This document shows, one piece after another, positions 55,750 to 64,000 of a DNA stretch of 64,000 nt. The notes under the pieces are model-generated. The model searched no databases. It worked only from the letters and a program-made list of their open reading frames with translations, and had not been told where the DNA came from. The DNA is from Raillietiella orientalis (Eukaryota). A program made the position numbers and the translations under genes. The DNA is taken from the NCBI GenBank assembly GCA_036172245.1, contig JAYWIR010000030.1, positions 992,001-1,056,000 of the forward strand, in the 5' to 3' direction. Each line of letters opens with the position of its first letter. Position 1 is the first letter of the stretch.

Positions 55750-58400
55750 AGCAGTTAGCGTTGAGGCAAAACGCAAGTTCCGCAGAAGAAATATCTATTT
55801 GTCAGAAACAACTGGGAACCTTTGCGGAAGCCGTGCGACGAAACCTTTGGGACTGCTGTCTTCGTTCGAGGGTAACTGAATTATGAAGGAAATTGTTCCC
55901 ATCTGAGTGGGTGCGACGCAAACGAAAGACTCTGGTGTAACCTGAAGCAAGAGAAGTGCTTAGGCAAACACGTGTCTGTGAAATGGCAGTTTGGAACTGA
56001 GCAACTAGCGTACTCACGATATATGCACGTCTTTAAAGCTGAAATTCATTTAAGAACTGCGCTGCCCAACAGCATTTTCAACGACTGAGAGGAAGAAAAG
56101 TCAAACCATTAGAGTTGTCAAAATTCCTTGATGTTGTCGAAAGAAGCTGCAGGATCCGGAACTGATTTTCTCATCCAGGATGCATGACACGAGTTGCAGC
56201 TAACACCAAAGCAGTGATGCCAGTGATCCCAAAGGTGCTTTCTTTCTGTCGAAGAGCATCTGTTTGCTTTTGGTAGGTTCTTTGTACCTAAACCGATTGG
56301 TCCTCACAGTGAACTTTGCACCATTGCTCAATCCATGGAGAACCAGACGTGAAAGCATGTGATTAAAATTGTCTCTGTGAAGCTACCATAATTTCAGGAA
56401 TGGATCAGGTGATGAATGCATCAAGCACCGCATCTGCTTGACACAACTGCGAATCGCAAAATGCCTCGTCACTCCTTTTTGAGTCGGTGTTGGTCACGAT
56501 TAGTTGACAATCGCTCCCGGCTTTAAGCATGTGAAATCGAAGCATCCGGAGTTCTAGCACCCTTTTCAACGAAGAAGCTTTTCAATGAGTCAGCGACCGC
56601 AGCAGTTGCATCAGCCATTAGATAATGTGCTCATGTCGGTAGGTTTACATCTTCCAATCCTACCAAAAATCACTCTTGAGAAGGAATCTTCGAACGTCCA
56701 ACAGAGGGAATTACACAAGTGAAACGTTGCACTCCTTCCTGCAACCACAAGATCATCCCAGATGGTCTCCATGAGTAAAATCATCCTGGGAAGTAGACAG
56801 GGCGTATTCAAGTAGTTTCTTGAGGAGCTGCTGACAATAGTGGTTTAGCCGATAGGAGGACCTAAATGACTCCCATTCATTGGACTTAATGACTGCTTTA
56901 ATGACTTTGGTGCCTTGTTTCGCTGGTGGGTGTTCTCATTGCTTGTGTTTATCTGACAGCAGACTAAAAATGCTGCGCATCTTCATTTGGCATCAGAGTA
57001 CAGTTCACGACACCATTTTCGGAAATGCATCCTGTGCACCACGCGTGGGAGAATGGGAAGGGTAAATTGATGCACGGAAACGTTGTGCTCCCATACAGAC
57101 TAGAACTTCTAAAATAAAAAATGAAGTTGGTCTCAAGTAATCAAAACAGAAGACTACCCAAAACGCGGAGTGAGCCTCCTTGTTGGAGTTGCCTGTGGAC
57201 GCTAAAATTTTAAAATGAAAAGTATCTCTCCTCATTCCATACTGCCTTATCTGTGTCCGGTCTCATCTGGCTAACATATTTAAATGTAGTCATCGTATAA
57301 ACGTCTTAGCCTTCGGAGATTACATCGCATAATTTTCTAGAGATGGAAGACTGTTATCAGTCATCAGAGCAAAGCAACTCTTCATGTTGGGGTCAGCAAT
57401 GCCTTCATAAGGAATCGTCAGTTCGTTAATTCAGAAGAAGAATTGACGATAATTCAGAAGTTGCTTGAGTGTTCAGTTTACGAGAAAACGCAGCTTTCAG
57501 GAAAATTTCAGACTTGATCTAAAGGGGAAGAGGGGCCTAGTGACCTTTTCCAATCAACCGAATGACACGACGACCTCGGAATCATCCCAACACATGATCC
57601 TGATCCCGATTTTATCGGAGCGCAGGATAAGAGAAAAGACGATCCTGCGGTTTCGTTCCACTCACCTGATTTTCAATTCTCCGTAAAGGATTCAATTATT
57701 CAAGCAGAACTCGAAACTTACGCACATCCTTCTTTGCATTCGGGTTCTCTCCTTAGAGGGAAGATCTTCTCACGAGAACAGTATTCCAGAGAGTTCTCGA
57801 GAATGCTGTTCAAGATGTATCGATGGAGTTTCAAAGACCTCTGGCGAATTAGGAAAAAGAGGGAAGACAACGCAGCAGTTTCATCTACGCTGGGAGCGAC
57901 AGGATAAATTTCGCAACTTCTGATTGCAGTCGGCCTCGAAGATGCATTTCTGAATGTCTTTCGTGTCTGTGGAAACGCGAGTGCTCACCAATGACATGCT
58001 TTGTCCCCATGCTTGCTTATCCCCGGGATCTGTTAGAAATGGACCAAGGAGGTGGGAGAATGAAGCGGCATTCTCATATTTTAAGGGGATGGGACGGAAG
58101 ATTCTAGGCGAGAACGACGAAAAGGAAAGTTCGGAAGCATCGGAGAGTGAAGCATCCCCAGCAGCATCCCCACTCTGGAAGATCTCGTGATTCAAGTTCT
58201 GCACAGCTACGGGTTTTAAATGTTGCCGCTCGCCAATGGCCGAATTCGTAGTGCATTTTTCAAAGTGCGCGCGAACGAAAAGTTTGAATGCCCTCCGTTT
58301 GGTTCGTTGTGACACGCGAGAGATTTTCCGCTCTTCACGGTGTTGCAGCTTTCTACGCAATTTTCAGAGCTCAATGTTTTAGGGATACTGAAACGGTACA
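55750..58400 (+). mobile_element. Decayed NeSL/Utopia-like non-LTR retrotransposon
   Basis: 'VIPK', 'FRNGSGDECIKHRICL' (cf. GCxEH), 'D*LTIAPGFKH' (cf. DLTNAFGSVPH), 'GSRQG', 'VPCFAGG' (cf. LAFADD), 'KRGLVTFSNQPNDTTTSESSQHMI', 'VLHSYGF*MLPLANG' (cf. FIHRARLNLLPLNG), all in the expected order. Confidence 0.6.
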
Positions 58401-58949
58401 GAAAAAAAAAAAACCTTCAAACCTTTTACGCACATGGAATCTACGAAAACTACCAAGACGAAAGATCGTGAGCGCTCGAGACCCTTGAACTGTTTTCAGT
58501 TTTATGACCTGGTTTCAAGAATAACAAGCTACAAGGAACAGTAACTTGACCTGACCTATTTACTTTCACTTTCTAAAGATTCCCTATATGCGATTCTGAG
58601 GGAAAAATTGAGCTGATGCCCTCCCCCCCCCCAATCTCCGAACATTCTTCTGATTCAATTGAGCTCAATACAAATCGGTTTCTTGGGGGGGGATGCAAAA
58701 AAGTCTTGCCTTTTCCCAGAGAACGCTCCCCTTTTCGAATGTCCCAAGAAAATTTTTATGGCTCTGTATTGCGACATACTGTGTGCGCAATACAATTTGT
58801 TGTAGCCTCACCCCGACTCCGGCCCCACTCTAACCACAAAGTCTTCTGCTCTTTCTCTCATCACTCCAGGGCCCTCAAAGGGTCTGCAGGCTGGGAGTAC
58901 GGAACCGAACAAACCAGCACGAAACGGATTCACCTGAAAATTCCAAGGC

Positions 58950-61100
58950 AAAAAAAAAAAAAAAAGCATGCAGGCAGTGGTCTCAGTAGCCAAAATTGAA
59001 CCATCAGCTGCCTGGCTCCTTCGTGGCAAACTTGGGTGGATAAGGACTCCATGCAGCTTTGGCATCTTTGGAGGCGAACGCTCATTGGGGCGCTTGAGGG
59101 CGGATTGCCCGTGCCCCACAGATTTTCAACCCTTGAATCGCGTAGGCATGGTTTCCGCTGTGGAACTGCTTCCATTTGGAAGCATCTGCGAGTGTGCCCA
59201 CTGCGGGTGCACCATAATTCGACGAAGCAGGGAATTTGGAATTGTGAAGAAATTCGCACAGTGCTCCTCTGCACGTTCGTGGGACCTTCTGGGGATCGCG
59301 CTCTAAGGGCGTTCGGGTGGGACTGCTTTCAGGTAAAGGACCTTGAACGCGCGGTACTTTCACTTTCGATATAATATTTTGCCTTTTTTTTCTCCTTCCA
59401 AGAAGCCAATTTTGGAGAAAGTTATATCAAAGACTTAAAACATAAAAACCAAACACGCCCCCTGAAGTCAACGCTTCTTTGATGGTGAGTTTGTGTCTTT
59501 ACACAAATGCTTTGTTGGAACAGTAAGATTTAGAAAATAAAAACCCACTTAGCATTCCTTCGGACAGTTCACAAACTGACCCCGACTGGGAACTTAAGAA
59601 ATTTAAGAAAGTTCGGGCCGAACTGTTGGAGGCTGGCTTCAACACTGGGAAAAGAGTCATGGATAGCATGGTGCCCACTGCTATTTTGTGTGCAATCCTC
59701 CTCTGCTTGTGGATCAGGTAACATTTTTCTCTTCCATCCATTTCTCGCTCGTGATGTGTTGAACGATGGCACGCAAAAAATCGGCAGTCTTCCTCCAAGA
59801 AAGGAAATGCCACGATACGTCGGCGCATTTCCCAAGGTGCACGCAGCCACCACCGTCGCCGTCGCTCCTTGTGGACTGCGGACGAGATGGGTGCTCCGTG
59901 CGGCAAGTGCTTGGGACCGGGCGAAACAGCCTAGCGTTTTTGCGCGAAAATGACCCCCTAACCCCCCCCCCCGTCCGTTGTTGTCCGTTGCTCCGATTTG
60001 GCTCCGTCGAAGTCATCTCGCTGCTGCCTCTCCATGGCTCGAAAGACTCCTCGTCCCGATGTCCCGAGTATGCTGGTGGCTCTTCCTCCTTTCGAGGGTT
60101 CCTCTACTCCTCGAATGGCCCACCGGGAACCGAGCAGATCCGTCAGACAGGGGGAGAGAGGAGAGCGAGAGTTTCCCTCGTCCGCAAGAGATGTCTGTCC
60201 GTCTACTGGAAGTGACGAGCTTGCTTGTTCTCCCGTTGGGGCGCTTCCAGAACAAGGAGGGGCAGCGGCGCTTTCGATCCTAACGCAGCATCCCTTCGAG
60301 CATCACGTGTTCGGCGGGCGTGTTCCGGTCCAGTCCGATGAGTCCGACGTCGGCATCGGGCAGTCGCAGTCGAGAAAGAGCTCTTACGTTCTGCCTGCGC
60401 GCTGGGCTCCAGGTGCCCTCTTCCGTTGCCTGGCAAGTGGCCTCGGGTTGCTGGGGCTGCTCTCGAAGACCCGAACTCGGTGGGAGGGTGCTGCCTCTGC
60501 CCTCGGATGTGTGGGAGGCACCTCGACGGCTTTTCAAGGAGCGGAGGAACCAGACCGTTTGTTTGGACACATGAACGGGATATGGGAGAGACGCGTTCTG
60601 GGTAAAGGGACGGCACCTGTTCGTTCTTGTTGCGTCCGTCCAAACCAGGGCAGACCGAAGGACGTTCCTCTCCTGGAGTGAGAGAACGCGGCCGCAGCTT
60701 GGAAAAACTCCTTGGGGCGTTTGGCGGGCGCGAACGCGGAAAGCTGACCTCCTGCCCGAGGCAGAGGGGAGACCCCCTCATGAAGTGTGGAAACGGCTCC
60801 TTTGGGAGGCAAAAAGGGGGATAAGTTCTTGATTCGGGGGGTTTTCCCCTCCTTCTTTCTTAGTATTTGCATCGCCACCGCAAGTACTTTTGGGTACTCC
60901 TTCGTTAGGAGCAACTCGGTGGCGAGCTGCTTGCCTGCGCTCATGCGACGCGGGAAAGCTTTCCGCGCAGCGCAAGCGCTGCTCTATCCCTGCCTCTGCG
61001 TTCTGCTGTGAGACCCTCGCCAGCTCACCACCGCGTGACCGTCAGGGGACTACTAAACTGGACGGCGTCCCCCACCTCCTCCACCTTAGGGTTTCGGCTC
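58950..61100 (-). mobile_element. Decayed R2-like non-LTR retrotransposon (RT to CCHC), similar in motifs to 9850-11470
   Basis: 'LLTKEYPKVLAVAMQILRKK', 'TVWFLRSLKSRRGASH' (cf. FLDLxKAFDSVSH), 'RRQNVRALSRL' (cf. KQGDPLSPL), 'TYRGISF' (cf. KYLGISF), 'KCYLI..RIAHKIAVG', 'FSKSYC', 'QRCQSCMESLS' (cf. CRRC..ESLSH). Confidence 0.6.
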
Positions 61101-64000
61101 AGGGGGAGGGGAGTCGCTGCACACGGTAACGAGGGTGGGCTCGCCTCTCTCACTCGGTTCTGGAAGGGAACGAGGTCCGGCGCTCTCTCCCTGCCCGGTT
61201 CCCAAAGCTTTCCCTCGGATGGGGAAGGGGAAGGGGTAACCATTTTCTGATATTCTGACTTTTTTGCTTTTTTTTTCTCGCCCACTTCCACTCTCCGCTG
61301 CTTTCCAGCTTTCGGAGGAGGAGCATGCAAATCCTGCGGCGGCTCAACATCCCTGGACCGCGGCCATTTTTCCTCACGGGCAACCTGATCGAATACACTT
61401 TTTCCTCGAAGGTGAGCGGGTCGTCATTGTGCCGGGATCGCTCCGGATGGCCCGGTCACATCGCCAGGGGAGTCCGTCTGACAGAAATTTCATTCCAGCT
61501 ACCTGTCGAGGTGCAGATGCAGTGGAAGGCAAAATACGGGAAGATTTACGGGTTGGACAAAATCATCCCCTTGTGCTTTTTCTTCCTTCCTTGTCGTCTT
61601 TCTGCCCACTTCCGCCGCTCCCTTCCCTTCCCTTCCTTCCTCCGCTCGGGTGCCTATTTTGGCTTGGGTTTCCCTTTCCGGCTATCCACTCTCTGACGAA
61701 GAAAACAGCTGATCTGTTTCTTTTGATCACTTTTAAGATTTTACTGCTCCTTTCATCCCATGGTCGTCATAGCCGACGCCCAGATCGCCAAGCAAGTGTT
61801 AGTCAAGGAGTTCGTCAAGTGTCCCAACCGCAGAGTATGTTTTTTTTTTTTTTTGTTGTTGTTTTCTCGTTTGTTTTCCGTTTTTGCTTTTCGCTCACAT
61901 GCTTGATCCGGAACGTGGTTCTCGAAACAGACGGTAGATGTCTCTCGCAGGCTTGTTCAGAAGGGTAGGTCTTGCATGCCGGGCCATGCGGCCGTTTCGC
62001 ACCGTGCTCAATGCATAAGAAACGAAATCTCCATGAATACAAGAGACTTTTTCTTGAAAAAAAAAAAAAAAAGGAAGAAGGAAAAGAAGGTCCTTAACTT
62101 CTCGCAGTGTACAAAACCATAGAACTGATTAATAAAAGAACGGTTCGTGACAGGCAAGGGCTGCAAACGCGTCAAAGTCTTGATGGTCGGAAAGACCTAT
62201 GATAGCTGCAATCGAAATTCACCACCGAGCAATCAGGAGAACCTCATTCGCAAACGAACATGGAAAGGAGTCTCATCTGAGCTGGCTCACATAGGAAAAA
62301 GAGCATCCGCCACTCCTTTTCGCCTCTGCTTGCATACTCTTTGATGAAGCGCTCCACGCGCGAGATGCAGATCGACGATCCCTCTGTATCGCGAGCTGTG
62401 TTCCCGAATACACCTGCTCCGGGAGATCGGGACGTCCAAGCAGCGGGCGACTGCGGATGGCGTTTGGTTCCCAAGAACGCTCAACGAAGCGCGTTCTTCT
62501 TGCGACACGCGGGTGGATGGAGCACGTGGGGTGAGAAGCCCGTGCACTGGCATCTCGCGATTTGCATCTGCCCCATCGAATTCTGTTCTTGGCAAAGAGC
62601 TGGGAACGCACGAGGTGATCTGCCCAGGGGAGTGTACAGGCTCTGGAGCTCTGGATGAATTTCGCGTCTCTCTTTGGAGTCACGAGGTGGCTGGAGGGGC
62701 CGCTGCTGCCGTTGAAACCTTCCTCGATGGAAGTTCCTTGAAGCAAAGGACGTGCTCTTCCGTTGCAAAGGGGAGGAAGGGAAGGAACTACTGCACAGAT
62801 TGGGAATGACGGTCCTCGGGTGCTTTCTTCCTTCGCCTTTATGGCTCTTTGCTTGTGTTCGTAAAGCTGGAACAGAAGTTGACCGGTCTGGACGTGGTGA
62901 TGGCTCGTTACTCCGGAGGGACCCGGAATCGAAGTGCTCGAGCATTCTGCCTGGAGGAGAAACGCAGCCTATTCTTTTCATTTTCCTTCCTGGGGTCCTT
63001 CTTATGCGTACATATCTGGCAACCGACCGTGACAACCGACAACACAGGCGCGCAGCAACGCGGGCACAGAACGAGGAACCGCCAATTCCGAAATCAAGGA
63101 TGCGCTCCCCTGGCTTTAGAGGATGGTTTTGCTCCTCGAGCTGACCACTGCTCTCCTACGGATGCGCTTCGGAGCAGCTCGGTCTGAGCGGAAATGATGG
63201 AAAGCACGAGGACGCACGGAAGTTGGGGTTTCGGGAGCCATCTCTCCTGCGGCCCGCGGAGGGGGAGCGCTCGTTACCGAAGAAGGGTGCCGCTTCCCCG
63301 GGGCAGTTCTTTCTCCGGGCAGCACGCGCCGCTCTTCGCGCCGGGTCCGGAGAGCAGGGAGGGCTCGTTTCCCGGGAAACCTTCCGTGAATCCCGTGATG
63401 TGATCCGCCTCCTCCTTCCTAAGGACAACTTTTTCTACCACCCCTTCAACAAGATGATGTTCGCCCTCCTGGACAACAAATGGAAAGTCGCCAGGAAGAG
63501 CATCGTCACCGTGCTCACCCCGAGCAACGTGAAAAAGGTTAACTAAAGTCTTCCGTGCAACAGGGCGTCTATGAGCGGCCGGGGGGGAACGGCAGGCGTA
63601 TTCCCAGATCGACGAGTGCACCGACGCGCTCCTCGAGATGTGCGCCAAGCACTGCGGGGACGGGAGGGAGCTGGACATCCACGCCGCCATACAGCTGACG
63701 ATCCTGGACGTGCTGGGCAGGAACACCTTTGGCATCCCTCTCGGGAGCCAAGACACCCCAAATGTCAGTTCTCTGCGCGCTGAAAAAGCAAAAAAGAATT
63801 AGGGCTCAACTCCCGGGCGCTACATCAGGACCTCCTGAAGAACGTGCGTGCCTTCTTCGAGTACGGCACTCCCCTTTCCAACACGGCCATACACCTGCTC
63901 CCGGAGCTGAGCGTCCTGATATGGCCTTTCTTCCTCGTGAGCAGCTTGCAAAGGACGCTGAGGAGCGTGCTGCGCGCGTACAGGGTGGAAATGGAGAAGA
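59659..64000 (+). CDS. Cytochrome P450, CYP3 clan, 5' part (runs off the window)
   Basis: Exons 59659-59717 (candidate, MDSMVPTAILCAILLCLWI), 61309-61411 (IPGPRPFFLTGNL), 61499-61551 (W.AKYGKIYG), 61738-61834 (IADAQIAKQVLVKEF...PNR), 63424-63537 (W...RK helix C), 63596-63763 (LDVLGRNTFG), 63829 onward. Phases are consistent. Exon 1 is less certain than the rest. Confidence 0.88.
62150..63400 (+). mobile_element. Decayed R2-like RT/thumb fragment in the large P450 intron (61835-63423)
   Basis: 'QIDDPSVSRAVFPNT' (cf. VSxLAFADD), 'MTVLGCFLPSPLW' (cf. LxILRxFLLP), 'KLTGLDVVMARY' (cf. LxxLDxxI). Confidence 0.4.

Noticed and set aside
56455..56472. AAATGCCTCGTCA matching 28S sequence downstream of the R2 site (a shorter match lies near 611)
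   Set aside because: Short match inside a coding remnant, not at an element boundary.

Overview
Eukaryotic (metazoan, probably ecdysozoan) genomic DNA with very short spliceosomal introns and sharp compositional domains: GC-rich about 1-29 kb and 59-64 kb, AT-rich about 31-55 kb. Six host genes can be assembled by eye: RECK (+), a METTL25/RRNAD1-family methyltransferase (-), COPZ1 (+), NDUFA8 (-), USP8 (-) and the 5' part of a CYP3-clan cytochrome P450 (+). Much of the remaining sequence, including two large introns, reads as heavily decayed restriction-like-endonuclease (RLE) non-LTR retrotransposons of R2-, NeSL/Utopia- and R4/Dong-like type, none in its canonical multicopy target gene. One near-full-length R2-like fossil (about 1220-8233, -) retains ZF/Myb, RT, thumb and CCHC/REL remnants, a 5' HDV-like ribozyme fold and a 3' UTR starting with a tRNA-like module. 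The best candidate first exon of the P450 (its membrane anchor) lies antisense inside one of these fossils. Retroelement calls rest on motif recognition from memory across frameshifts, not on computed alignments, and their boundaries are approximate.
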